DNA of 64,000 nucleotides from an archaeon 13_1_40CM_2_52_13. GTDB lineage: Archaea > Thermoproteota > Bathyarchaeia > 40CM-2-53-6. A model generated the notes under the pieces. It was given only the letters and a program-made list of their open reading frames with translations, ran no database searches and had not been told where the DNA came from. Position 1 is the first letter of the stretch, and each line of letters opens with the position of its first letter. Location: assembly GCA_001919285.1 (NCBI GenBank), contig MNHO01000049.1:17746-81745 (forward strand), in the 5' to 3' direction. The translations under genes and the position numbers were made by a program. Positions 10,034 through 20,149 of the stretch are shown piece after piece.

Positions 10034-11201
10034 GTTCTCTCCTATGAGGCGGGCCTTGATAACGACCTTTCAGGTCCAGGATCTTCTTTTCAAGCGCTTC
10101 TTTGAGCCCCTGGCCCTTGTCGCCTCCTCCGTATGCGTCCATTCGGGCTGCTATTGCGAGTTTGCCAGCAACTGCTCTCGCGATCTTTCCTCGAAGCCAT
10201 TTGGGCGACTGATGGATTGGTGCGTATTGGAAGATGATACCGTGCTTCGGCGGTCTAGCTCCCGTCTTCAGTGTTCTGAAGAGCGCTTTTTCTGCTCCGA
10301 GCACTTGAAGAGTGCTTGATGGCATCTTTGCAATATTCTCGAGGCCTCCCGCCATCGAGATGAGTTTTGCGGAGAGAACTGCGCCGAGCACAGAAGTCAT
10401 GTTCGGTGCTACCTCTCCCATGATCTTGTCAGTGTATTTCTCGGCAGCTTCTCTCAAGCTGTACAATTCAAGCACCGTTCCGCAGACCTCGCGTAGCCAT
10501 TCTAGATCCGTGCCTGTCATTTTGGCGCCGGAAGATTTCTCGGCCGACGCGGAGATCTGAGTCGCCTTATCTTGTGGTATGCCCAGTTTTGTTAAGGCGT
10601 CGTATGAGAATGATTCTCTTGCGCCGAGACTCTGAACCAGTCGAATGTACGAGTCGTGTTTTTCCACTAAGCGATCCAGTTCGGGGAAGTGGAGGCCATA
10701 CCACTCTCTGACTCGGCCGGCCAGGAGGTTGAGAATCTTGTCCAGGTCTTCGATACTACGGACTGTCTGAATTGCGTAGAGATCTCGCTTCGTTGTAGCC
10801 TCTGTTATTGCGGTTTTGGCAAGCTCAAGGGAAACGTCTCGGACGAATTGTTCGTACTCATCTTTCGATTCGATGATCCTAAGACGGACCAGAATCGAGG
10901 GCAGCCTGTTCCTGAGCTTCGAAATAGTAGGGTCGCCCTCGTCCTGTACAACCTCTGATTTGACGATTGAACGGGCGAGTCTAGCGAGAGGCTCGCTGTC
11001 CACCGTAACGAGATCGAGTTCGAGCTCGGAGAGTCGTTGGCCGAAAGCTGAAGACGCCGGAGGCAGCTCGCCGTTCTGGACCTGCCTCATTTGGGCAGCC
11101 GCATCACTCGGATTATGAGCAAAGAGTGCTTTCTCCGAAATCTTGCCCGTTTTTTCGAGTAGAAACAGTCCGGCAGGGGAGTCGATCAGATACGCTTTCA
11201 A
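9891..11201 (-). CDS. nop5: C/D box snoRNP protein Nop5 (Nop56/58)
   Basis: REWYGLHFPEL, VAPN, PSSTLQVLGAEKALFR, PPKHGIIFQ; upstream of fibrillarin. Confidence 0.96.
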   Translation of the reverse strand: MKAYLIDSPAGLFLLEKTGKISEKALFAHNPSDAAAQMRQVQNGELPPASSAFGQRLSELELDLVTVDSEPLARLARSIVKSEVVQDEGDPTISKLRNRLPSILVRLRIIESKDEYEQFVRDVSLELAKTAITEATTKRDLYAIQTVRSIEDLDKILNLLAGRVREWYGLHFPELDRLVEKHDSYIRLVQSLGARESFSYDALTKLGIPQDKATQISASAEKSSGAKMTGTDLEWLREVCGTVLELYSLREAAEKYTDKIMGEVAPNMTSVLGAVLSAKLISMAGGLENIAKMPSSTLQVLGAEKALFRTLKTGARPPKHGIIFQYAPIHQSPKWLRGKIARAVAGKLAIAARMDAYGGGDKGQGLKEALEKKILDLKGRYQGPPHRREHEKTWGPPAQDARRDILAGPRGRGEIGHAQPGPRDHRLRGRHRKDRR

Positions 11202-11296
11202 GCCTCTACTCCTGATCGGAAGCGGAGAATGTGGCGATAGCTTGACGTTCGCGCGAAGATAATTAGCACGGCAATAGTGTTCATTCTTAGACCCAC

Positions 11297-12226
11297 TTGG
11301 AACCGGACTTATCGGTAGAGTTTGCGGGTATTAAACTCCCCAATCCCACAATTCTAGCCTCCGGAATTCTGGGAGTCTCAGGAGAGATGTTGATCCGCGT
11401 GTCTAGGGCCGGTGCTGCCGCCGTCGTCACCAAGTCGTTCAATAGGAAAGGCAGGGAAGGCTACAGAAACCCGTCCTTCATTGAAGTCCACGGCGGTTTT
11501 CTCAATGCCTTGGGCATTCCAAACCCGGGAATGGAAGAGATGCGGGAAGAAGTTGAGACCGCTTCAAGGAAAGGAGTCCCGGTCATAGCGAGTGTTTTCG
11601 GTTTTGACGCGGAGGAATTTGCTGAGTCTGCAATGATGGGGGAGAGGGGCGGCGCTATCGCGGTGGAGCTGAATGTTTCATGCCCGCATGTCAAGGAGGT
11701 CGGTGTTGAGATCGGTCAGCGGCCGAAGGTCGTCGCCGAGGTTACTCAAACAGTGAAGAGTCGAGTCCATATCCCAGTGTTCGTAAAGCTAAGCCCGAAT
11801 GTTACCGACATCTCCGAAGTAGCCAAGGCGGCTGAGAGCGCAGGTGCCGACGCTATAACAGCGATCAATACGGTCTTGGGGACCGCGGTTGACGTAGATT
11901 CCGGTTTTCCGATTCTCGGAGGAGTCCTCGGTGGACTCTCCGGTCCAACCATACACCCAATAGCGCTCAGAGCGGTATATCAGATACGGCAGGCAGTTGG
12001 CATCCCCGTTATCGGAGTCGGGGGAATTGAGGATTGGAAGGGCGTTGTCCAAATGATGATGGCGGGTGCATCGGCGGTCCAGATTGGAAGCGCCATCACT
12101 AGCAAAGGTCTGGAGGTGTTTCGAGAAGTGACCACAGGACTCGCGAGGTTTCTCGAACAGAAACGATATCGATCAGTTCACGAGATTATCTCGATGGCCG
12201 CGGCTCACAAAGTCGAGGGCTCATGA
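11297..12226 (+). CDS. pyrD: Dihydroorotate dehydrogenase (family 1)
   Basis: ASG, ELNVSCPH, VKLSPNVTDI, AINT, GGLSG, GVGGI. Confidence 0.95.
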   Translation: MEPDLSVEFAGIKLPNPTILASGILGVSGEMLIRVSRAGAAAVVTKSFNRKGREGYRNPSFIEVHGGFLNALGIPNPGMEEMREEVETASRKGVPVIASVFGFDAEEFAESAMMGERGGAIAVELNVSCPHVKEVGVEIGQRPKVVAEVTQTVKSRVHIPVFVKLSPNVTDISEVAKAAESAGADAITAINTVLGTAVDVDSGFPILGGVLGGLSGPTIHPIALRAVYQIRQAVGIPVIGVGGIEDWKGVVQMMMAGASAVQIGSAITSKGLEVFREVTTGLARFLEQKRYRSVHEIISMAAAHKVEGS

Positions 12227-12239
12227 GGCATGAAAGTGC

Positions 12240-12725
12240 CTAGTCCTCGAGATACCGGGCTAGAAGCGATGCTGCACGCTCGAGAATCTCTCTATCTTCT
12301 TGGTTGAATGCAGAGAGTCGACTGCTGTCAATATCAATCTCCCCGAGTACTCCTTTTCTTCCCTTTATCGGGACGACGATCTCTGATCGGGTTGAGGCGA
12401 AGCACATGAGATACCGTGGGTCCTTGCTGACCTACGGGACTATGATTGTCGCTCCTTCTTTAGCTGCAGACCCGCAGATTCCCTGTCCCATCGGTATCAT
12501 AACGTGCTCAGTTTCTTCATCGCCTGCGTACGCCGCCAACACCAGATCGTTCTCTCGAACGAGATAGATACCCACCCAATCGAAATGATCCGAACTCTCT
12601 CGCAGTATGCGAACGGACATCGTCAAGGCTTTGGCTACGGGCTCGGCTGAGAGTGCTCTGTTCAATGTAGCGAGAAGGCTAGAATAGTCCGCGCTTTGGG
12701 TAGCCTGTGTCGCAGACTTAGGCAT
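12240..12725 (-). pseudogene. GAF-domain protein (free Met-R-sulfoxide reductase MsrC-like) interrupted by an in-frame TAG at 12432-12434
   Basis: DWVGIYL, GQGICG, IIVP*VSKDPRYLMC..TRSEIVVPI, GEIDIDS, AFNQED; the frame continues past the TAG to a stop at 12240-12242. Confidence 0.75.
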
Positions 12726-12793
12726 TCTCAGCTATCAACTCATTCTAGGGTTCTTATATGATTCTCGACTAATCTACGTGTGTCGGCTCCCTC

Positions 12794-14515
12794 ATGAACA
12801 AGATTCAGTGGCTCGAGTGGGCAAAGGAGAGTTTTGACCGTGCAAAGTCGCTTGGGAAGCCAATTCTGTTAGACATAACGGGCTCTTGGTGTCACTGGTG
12901 CCACGTTATGGACAACACGTCCTACTCCGACCCTGCAATCATCGACTTAGTGAACAAGAACTTCATTCCAGTTAGAGTCGACACCGACAAGAGACCTGAC
13001 GTCAATCGTCGCTACAATATGGGCGGTTGGCCTACTACTGCCTTCTTGGACAATGAAGGGAGAATTATCACTGGCGGGACCTACATCCCTCCTGAGCAGT
13101 TGAGGGAAGTTCTCCGCTCCGTTCTCGACTTCTATGGAACAAATAAGGGGAAGGTCGCAAGCAAGCTTCAACCAACGCGAATTCCTCAAGCCAAGGACGA
13201 GGCCTTGTCAGACAAGATCACAAAGGACATTGCAACTACTGTCGCAGTCAACTTTGACATAGATTACGGAGGCTTTGGTTTCGAGCCAAAATTTCCCCAC
13301 ACTGAGGCGTTGGAATACGCACTCTTACGCTACCGCTATCATGGGGAAAAAGAAATGCTGACCGTTGTCACGAAGACCCTTGACAAAATGGGTAATGGAG
13401 GAGTCTATGACCGGGTAGAACAGGGATTCTTCAGGTACAGCACGACTCGGGACTGGTCGATTCCCCACTTCGAGAAGATGGCGGAGGACAATGCGAAACT
13501 TCTTGCTGTATACTTGCATGCATTCCAGCTAACTGGTAGACCTCTCTACCGAGATAGGGCCGAGGGGATCGTGAAGTACGTGAATTCGAGTCTGGCGGAC
13601 TTGGAGAAGGGAGGCTTTTTCGGGAGTCAGAATGCGGATGAGGAGTACTACAAACTCGATCTTTCAGGCCGAAAGACTCGGAAGACTCCCGCCGTTGATA
13701 GGACGCTCTACACTAATTACAATTCGCTGCTTATCTCGTCGTTCTTTCTCTCCAGTATCGTTCTGGACAGGCCGGAACTCGGCAAGTTTGCTATCAAGAG
13801 TCTGGACCGCGTTCTCGCTCTTCCAGCTGATGGACGAGTACCGTTTCACTACTGGAGAGAGGAAGAAGGCGTGAAGTTGAATGGGCTCCTGGTGGACTAC
13901 GGGCAAATGCTCCACTCACTTCTGGACGCTTATGAGTACTCGAGCAAACGAGCCTATTTGGAGAAAGCGATCACAATTGCGGACGATTCGATTGAGAAGC
14001 TAGACGACAAGACCTCGGGAGGCTTCTACGATATTCCCATAGAAGATTCCAATCTGGGTGAACTCAGGATCCGAGACAAACCTATCGATGAAAACAGCAT
14101 AATGGCAAACGGACTTCTGAGACTCTCCTGGCTTTTAGAGAGGACCGACTACGCGGCGATCGCGGGCAAAGCATTAGGGCTGTTCAACGCGGACTATGAG
14201 AGATACGGGGTCACCGGAGCGAGCTATGCGCTGGCACTGGATTCATACATTAACGGTCCAATAGGGATCACAATTATCGCACCTCCAAAGTCAAAGGAAT
14301 CCGCAGCGTTCAAAGCCGGAGCTCTGAAACTGTATCCGGGTAGAAGATATGTTAGGTATCTGGATCCGACCAAGGACCTGGATCAGATAGGGCGTCTCGG
14401 ATTCGACGCCCAGAAGGCTCCAGTGGCGTATGTTTGCGCAGGTAAAACCTGTGGCCCTCCGATCAATGATCCATCAAAAATAGACTCCACTCTTTCCTCC
14501 ATGCTTGGACCGTAG
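12794..14515 (+). CDS. YyaL/SSP411 (DUF255) thioredoxin-domain protein
   Basis: WCHWCHVM, GGWPTT, GGFG..PKFP, FFRYST..W..PHFEKM. Confidence 0.9.
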   Translation: MNKIQWLEWAKESFDRAKSLGKPILLDITGSWCHWCHVMDNTSYSDPAIIDLVNKNFIPVRVDTDKRPDVNRRYNMGGWPTTAFLDNEGRIITGGTYIPPEQLREVLRSVLDFYGTNKGKVASKLQPTRIPQAKDEALSDKITKDIATTVAVNFDIDYGGFGFEPKFPHTEALEYALLRYRYHGEKEMLTVVTKTLDKMGNGGVYDRVEQGFFRYSTTRDWSIPHFEKMAEDNAKLLAVYLHAFQLTGRPLYRDRAEGIVKYVNSSLADLEKGGFFGSQNADEEYYKLDLSGRKTRKTPAVDRTLYTNYNSLLISSFFLSSIVLDRPELGKFAIKSLDRVLALPADGRVPFHYWREEEGVKLNGLLVDYGQMLHSLLDAYEYSSKRAYLEKAITIADDSIEKLDDKTSGGFYDIPIEDSNLGELRIRDKPIDENSIMANGLLRLSWLLERTDYAAIAGKALGLFNADYERYGVTGASYALALDSYINGPIGITIIAPPKSKESAAFKAGALKLYPGRRYVRYLDPTKDLDQIGRLGFDAQKAPVAYVCAGKTCGPPINDPSKIDSTLSSMLGP

Positions 14516-14615
14516 GCGCCCGCGGCGACGATTCATTTCTTAATGCTCGGGAATCGCCAATTGGAGGCATCCCTGGCGAAGACTCCAATTCAAAACGCTG
14601 GTTGAAGGTCCATCC

Positions 14616-16169
14616 TTGCCTGATCCGGATCTCATCCTCCACAACGGCAGAATCTATCCAGACGCAGGATCTCGCACACGATTCGAGGCACTCGCACTCT
14701 GGAGGAGTATGGTTACCGATATCGGATCGAACGATCGAATCCTCGGACTCAGGACGAAGTTGACGCGAACAATCAATCTTCGCGGACGGACGGTATTGCC
14801 CGGCTTGCACGACTCGCACATTCATCTTCTCAATTATGGAATGCTTCTTCGCACTCTGGATCTCTCCCGTTCGCGATCCATTGAGGAAATCAAGAGGCGA
14901 GTCGCGAAGTGGACTACGGCACGCCGTCCGGATTCATGGGTCCTAGGCAGAGGATGGGATGATGAGAGGCTTCGAGAGCATCGCTACCCCACCAGAGACG
15001 ATCTGGATCATGCAACTCAAAACCCCGTCTTCCTCAAACGAATCTGCGGTCACATAGCGGTTGCCAACTCGGCGGCCCTAACCTTGGCCGGAGTTGACGA
15101 TAGCACCTTGGATACGGCTGGAGGACAAATTGTCAGAGATCCACGAGGAAGGCCTAACGGGGTCCTAAAGGAGACCGCAATAGAACTCGTTGAGAAGGTC
15201 GTCCCAGAGTCGATGGACGAGACCAAGAAGGCCTTAGTCTACGCCTCTAGGAGATTGACAAGGCTCGGCTTGACATCCTTACACTGTATCATCAGCAGTT
15301 TAGCTGAGCTGAATGCTCTGCGGGAGCTGAAACAAGAGCAGAAGATTCCTCAATCCATCTACGCGATCATGCCGGCGAAGCTGGCGGACCGCCTTGCTTC
15401 CCTAGGCCGGCCAAGCGAGATGGGAGACGCTTTTCATGTCGGAGGGGTAAAGTTGTACCTTGACGGATCTCTTGGAGCTCGCACGGCGGCTCTAAACGGA
15501 CCTTACGATGATGATCCGACATCAAGCGGCATGCTCGTTATGAGTCATGAAGAGCTGGCCGAGATGGCGTCGAAAGCAAGAGAGTCCGAGTTCCAGCTCT
15601 GCATCCATGCCATCGGAGACAAGGCCGTAGACCTCGCAGTCCAAGTTCTCGGCGACACATTTGGGATAAAAGGGTGCAGAAAGCTCAGACATCGGATTGA
15701 ACACTCATCAATTGTATCTGAAGAGTCGATGACAGAAATGCAGAGATTAGGGATAATCGCATCTGTACAGCCGAGATTCATCTATTCGGACAAGTGGGCG
15801 AAGGATCGGCTGGGCCGTGGGAGACTGCCTGAACTCTACCCTTTCGCGTCGATGAACAGGGCGGGAATCATGCTAACTGCGGGGTCTGATTGTCCAGTGG
15901 AAGATCCCAATCCGTTCGAGGGGATCTGGTCGGCGGTTGCAAGACCCGGTCTCGATAATAAGGAGAGACTGACTGTAGGCGAAGCTCTCACAGCTTACAC
16001 AAAGAATCCTGCTTATGCGTCTTTCTCCGAACAATTCAGAGGCACTCTGACACCGGGAAAGGTTGCAGATATCGTCGTATTGGATAGAGACCCCTACGAG
16101 GTTAGTATCAAGTGCTTAAGAGAAATAAGGGTAGTCCGAACGATAATCGGAGGAAAAGTGCTCTCTTAG
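14616..16169 (+). CDS. Amidohydrolase family 3 (YtcJ-like)
   Basis: PGLHDSHIH, DGSLGARTA, HAIGD, RHRIEH, GSDCPV. Confidence 0.9.
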   Translation: MPDPDLILHNGRIYPDAGSRTRFEALALWRSMVTDIGSNDRILGLRTKLTRTINLRGRTVLPGLHDSHIHLLNYGMLLRTLDLSRSRSIEEIKRRVAKWTTARRPDSWVLGRGWDDERLREHRYPTRDDLDHATQNPVFLKRICGHIAVANSAALTLAGVDDSTLDTAGGQIVRDPRGRPNGVLKETAIELVEKVVPESMDETKKALVYASRRLTRLGLTSLHCIISSLAELNALRELKQEQKIPQSIYAIMPAKLADRLASLGRPSEMGDAFHVGGVKLYLDGSLGARTAALNGPYDDDPTSSGMLVMSHEELAEMASKARESEFQLCIHAIGDKAVDLAVQVLGDTFGIKGCRKLRHRIEHSSIVSEESMTEMQRLGIIASVQPRFIYSDKWAKDRLGRGRLPELYPFASMNRAGIMLTAGSDCPVEDPNPFEGIWSAVARPGLDNKERLTVGEALTAYTKNPAYASFSEQFRGTLTPGKVADIVVLDRDPYEVSIKCLREIRVVRTIIGGKVLS

Positions 16170-17626
16170 AATCTTTCCGGAGATTCAGACGGGAGCAATA
16201 CATCGTGGGGTCTTGCTTCTTCAGCTCCAGAATTGGTAATGCCCGCTAGCTTTGATTTTTCCCAGAGTTCGGTTATTGTTCTTGCACCAGCATATCCCAT
16301 TGATGCTTGTAGCCCCGCGACCATCTCCTGGACCACGACGCTGACCTCACCCTTGTACGGGACCCATCCTTCAACTCCCTCAGGCAAGCCCTTCGATGGC
16401 TGAGCGTATCGATCGGATGAGAATCTCTTGGCCATGGCAGATGGGCTTCCCATTCCCCGATATTGCTTGTAGTATCTACCGCCGATAGTTATCAGAGTGC
16501 CTGGGGCCTCCTTCGACCGGGCGAAAATGTTGCCCATCATAACAGCTGAAGCTCCTAGGGACAGTGCAATCGCCGCGTCACCTGGACCTCTGATTCCTCC
16601 GTCGGCAATTATCGGTAGTTTTGACCCGTACGTGTGAAGAGCGTCCGCAACCTGTGCCGTGGCGAACACAGTAGGGGACCCAGCCTTCGTCGCCTCCATA
16701 GTCGTGCAGATCGAGCCCGATCCGATTCCAACTCTGAAGCCCGCCACTCCATCGAGTTTCGTCAGAATGTCCTCGGCAGCCTGGTATGTTCCAATGCTGC
16801 CAACCACAACGTCCGTGTTGACTTCCTCAAGCAGCTTCTTCATCGAGCTGAACACGTTTGCGTTGTGGAAGTGGGCTACATCTATGACGAGGATGTCAGC
16901 GACCTCGCTGAGCTTCTTCGCCCGCTTGAGATCGAATGGTGAGACCGCAGCTCCGCAGAGGAGCTGGCCATTCTCGTCGCGGGCGGCATTGGGAAACCGG
17001 CCACGCTGGAGAATATCCTTTATCGTCATAAGACCCTTCAATCGGCCTTCCTTGTCGATAAGCGGAAGCTTTTCCACGCGATGTCTGTGAAGAATCTCCT
17101 TCGCGCCTTCAATGTTGGTGTCGGCGGGTGCGGTGATCACTTTCTTCGTCATTACATCGCTAGTGAGAAGATTCGAATCTGCAAAACGAACATCGCGTCC
17201 TGTCAATATGCCGACGAGATGCTCTCCCTGAACGACCGGTAATCCTGAAATGTTATGTTTCTGCATCAGTTCGGTTGCGTACTTCACGGTTGCATCGGGG
17301 CTAATTGTGATGACTTCCTTGATGACCAGGGACTCCGCCCTCTTCACCTTTCTCGCCATCTCCGCTTCCTCTTCCGCGGTACAATTTCGATGAATAACCC
17401 CAAGTCCACCCAGTCGCGCCAATCCTATGGCCATCTCGCTCTCTGTAACGGTGTCCATCGGACTAGAAACTAATGGGATGTTGATCGAATGTTTCTGAGA
17501 AACTTGAGTGGATAATTGGACTTGGCTAGGTTCGACTTCAGTCCATCCGGGGAGGAGAATCAGATCCCTGAACGTGACCGCGACATCAGAGTCTTTGAAC
17601 TTCGCCCTGAATCCTTTTTCAGACAC
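16166..17626 (-). CDS. guaB: IMP dehydrogenase with CBS pair
   Basis: SSPMDTVTE, GIGSGSICTT (catalytic Cys), IADGGI, YRGMGS, PEGVEG. Confidence 0.97.
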   Translation of the reverse strand: MSEKGFRAKFKDSDVAVTFRDLILLPGWTEVEPSQVQLSTQVSQKHSINIPLVSSPMDTVTESEMAIGLARLGGLGVIHRNCTAEEEAEMARKVKRAESLVIKEVITISPDATVKYATELMQKHNISGLPVVQGEHLVGILTGRDVRFADSNLLTSDVMTKKVITAPADTNIEGAKEILHRHRVEKLPLIDKEGRLKGLMTIKDILQRGRFPNAARDENGQLLCGAAVSPFDLKRAKKLSEVADILVIDVAHFHNANVFSSMKKLLEEVNTDVVVGSIGTYQAAEDILTKLDGVAGFRVGIGSGSICTTMEATKAGSPTVFATAQVADALHTYGSKLPIIADGGIRGPGDAAIALSLGASAVMMGNIFARSKEAPGTLITIGGRYYKQYRGMGSPSAMAKRFSSDRYAQPSKGLPEGVEGWVPYKGEVSVVVQEMVAGLQASMGYAGARTITELWEKSKLAGITNSGAEEARPHDVLLPSESPERF

Positions 17627-17853
17627 CTATTCTCGAATACTCCCGGTGAGTTTCACCGTAGCATGTCCCCTTTCCTTATTATACATGGCGGCGGTTGCCG
17701 CCGGCTCGAAGCTGTTCTAGCCGGAACATAGACGGCTGTTCCGTTATCTGCTGACTAGTTGGAAGCTTAGGAGGGGCTGAGCATTCCGATTGGAATATCT
17801 GTACGCTAGACCATATATAATTGGAATATTGGACTCTCGATCTGGGCAAAGTC

Positions 17854-19098
17854 TTGAGCCTAGTCAAGGACCCCGCGCTCGCGCCGTCTGGGCGCGTCAA
17901 ACTTGCATGGGCCCAGGAAAACATGCCGGTGTTGGCGAGAATTTCCCGACGATTCGCCGCGACCAAGCTCTTCAAAGGACACCGCGTCGGAATGTGTCTT
18001 CACCTAGAAGCAAAGACCGCGGTTCTTAGTGAGCTCTTCCTGAAGGCAGGGGCGGAAGTTGCCATCACCGGAAGTAATCCTCTTTCGACTCAAGACGATG
18101 TGGCAGCAGCACTATCCGAAACTGGAGTTCATGTGTATGCCTGGCGGGGCGTCACTGATAGCGAACACAAAGCCAACCTAGACCGAGTTCTTGGATTGAA
18201 GCCTGACATCCTGATCGACGATGGCGCTGAGCTCTCGATTGCCGCGCACCTGAAAGGCAAAAGGTTTGTTGAAACGATCATCGGGGCTTGTGAAGAAACA
18301 ACCACGGGAGTCACTCGGTTGAGGGCAATGGAGAAGGACGAACGTCTGAACTTTCCAGTCATTGCCGTGAATGATGCTCTTACCAAGTTTCTCTTCGACA
18401 GCAGATACGGGACGGGACAGTCGGCGCTTGAAGGCGTCATGCGCGCGACAAACCTCCTCTTGGCAGGCAAAAGCGTAGTCGTCGCTGGGTTTGGTTGGGT
18501 GGGAAGAGGCGTTGCACTGAGAGCAAAGGGAATGGGGTCACGGGTAATCGTGACAGAGGTGGACCCCGTTCGAGCACTGGAAGCACTGATGGAAGGCTTT
18601 GACGTAATGCCGATGTTAGAAGCTGCCAAGATAGGGGATCTCTTCATCACCGCGACGGGTAACACCGGCGTCATCACTGCGGCTCATATGGGGCTAATGA
18701 AGGACAAGGCGATTCTCTGTAACGTCGGACACTATGATGTCGAGGTAAGGGTCAAGGACCTTGAGAGGATAGCCGTTGCGCGGAAAAAAGTTAGACCCGA
18801 AGTTACGGAATACAGATTGAGATCTGGGAAGCGACTCTATCTCCTGTCAGACGGTCGACTTGTCAACCTCGCCGCAGCTGACGGGCATCCAGCGGAAGTC
18901 ATGGACATGAGCTTTGCTGGTCAAGCTCTCTCAGCTGAATATCTTCTCCGAGAAGGTTCTAAACTCGAGTCGAAGGTGATTCGAGTTCCACAAGAGCTCG
19001 ACTTACAGATTGCGCACTCGCGGCTTAAGGAATTCGGGAAGAGAATTGACTCTTTGACAAAGGTCCAGCAAAAATATGCCAGGTCATGGCATCCCTGA
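17854..19098 (+). CDS. ahcY: Adenosylhomocysteinase; start probably TTG 17854 rather than 17821
   Basis: HLEAKTA, SNPLSTQD, EETTTGV, FDSRYGTGQS, GHPAEVMDMSF; a TATA-like ATATATAA abuts 17821, which favours the downstream start. Confidence 0.95.
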   Translation: MSLVKDPALAPSGRVKLAWAQENMPVLARISRRFAATKLFKGHRVGMCLHLEAKTAVLSELFLKAGAEVAITGSNPLSTQDDVAAALSETGVHVYAWRGVTDSEHKANLDRVLGLKPDILIDDGAELSIAAHLKGKRFVETIIGACEETTTGVTRLRAMEKDERLNFPVIAVNDALTKFLFDSRYGTGQSALEGVMRATNLLLAGKSVVVAGFGWVGRGVALRAKGMGSRVIVTEVDPVRALEALMEGFDVMPMLEAAKIGDLFITATGNTGVITAAHMGLMKDKAILCNVGHYDVEVRVKDLERIAVARKKVRPEVTEYRLRSGKRLYLLSDGRLVNLAAADGHPAEVMDMSFAGQALSAEYLLREGSKLESKVIRVPQELDLQIAHSRLKEFGKRIDSLTKVQQKYARSWHP

Positions 19099-19318
19099 GC
19101 ATTACGCACACCCCCATGCACGGTTCTGCACAGTCAGGTCCCGACTTTACGATGCCAAAGTTTGGACTTGACTGAGTCAATTGCGCTAACCTCTAACAAT
19201 GATCTTTCCTTCTAACCGGTAACACTTCCGGGAAGGACCGGGGAACAGAGCTTGGTCTCAACGTAATATTTTACTCAATTTTCGTCTAAAGCTAATTAGT
19301 TCTGACAACCGACTTGCG

Positions 19319-20146
19319 ATGCCCCGGAGTTATGGGCTTCTGTCTCGCCTGTTCGGCTCAAAATCTTTTCATCGAGTACGAGAGAAGAGAGCAAGAAAAT
19401 TCCGCCCACCAGCTTGGGCAGTGTTGTTAGTCGCGATCTTCGCCCTCTGGGAGTCGGTCTCCCTCTCCGGCGCTGTGTCAAGCACCCAGCTCCCAGCACT
19501 GCACGACGTTTTCCTAGCTCTCATTCAACTCGCAGCAACGCCATTCTTCTTGGTGCACGTCGGCCAGAGTTTTGCCAATGTTACGACGGGAGTCTCGTTG
19601 GCGCTAGTTTTGGTATTCCCCCTAGCTCTACTTGTGGGAATGCGGAGTCAACTTGACCAGGCAATCACACCGATCATTATGCTCGTGGGTGCTCTGCCGG
19701 ATCTTGCGATTCTAACGCTCTTGGTTACCGTAATAGGCCGAGGAAATGTTGCCGCTGTCGCGATTTCCGCCTTCAGTGCTTTTTTCCCCGTGTATTTCAC
19801 GATCAGACAAGGGGTGAAAGAAATCCCAGGCGATTACTTCCACGTTGCTTCGGTATTCAAAGCTGGAAGAGTTCAGACTTTCACGAAAATGATCCTTCCT
19901 TCAATCTTTCCGAACCTTGTCACGGGTCTTCGCTTATCGTTCGAGTTCAGTTGGAACGTGTTGCTCGCGGTCGAGGTTATCGCGAGCGTGGCTGGGATTG
20001 GCACCTTTATCTCTACCAGCCTAGGAAGCTCGGCGCATTCGTTGACTTACGGCCTGGCCGCAATAATGACGGTTGGTCTCATCACTATTGCGATAGACAG
20101 AGCCTTCTTTGAGAGGTTTGAGAATCGCATCAAGAGGTGGCGGTAG
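19319..20146 (+). CDS. ABC transporter permease (NitT/TauT family)
   Basis: Multiple TM segments, EAA-like loop, ILPSIFP.L.TGLR. Confidence 0.85.
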   Translation: MPRSYGLLSRLFGSKSFHRVREKRARKFRPPAWAVLLVAIFALWESVSLSGAVSSTQLPALHDVFLALIQLAATPFFLVHVGQSFANVTTGVSLALVLVFPLALLVGMRSQLDQAITPIIMLVGALPDLAILTLLVTVIGRGNVAAVAISAFSAFFPVYFTIRQGVKEIPGDYFHVASVFKAGRVQTFTKMILPSIFPNLVTGLRLSFEFSWNVLLAVEVIASVAGIGTFISTSLGSSAHSLTYGLAAIMTVGLITIAIDRAFFERFENRIKRWR

Positions 20147-20149
20147 GAC

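Noticed and set aside
12432..12434. Genome-wide TAG recoding (pyrrolysine)
   Set aside because: TAG ends many genes here at their expected C-termini (for example hsp20, pcm, aCPSF1), and no pyl genes are in the window.
19132..19240. Hairpins after ahcY, one superficially BHB-like (CTTC-TAA-CCGG...CCGG-GAAG)
   Set aside because: The second bulge and outer helix are missing and the region is intergenic, so these are better read as ordinary stem-loops.
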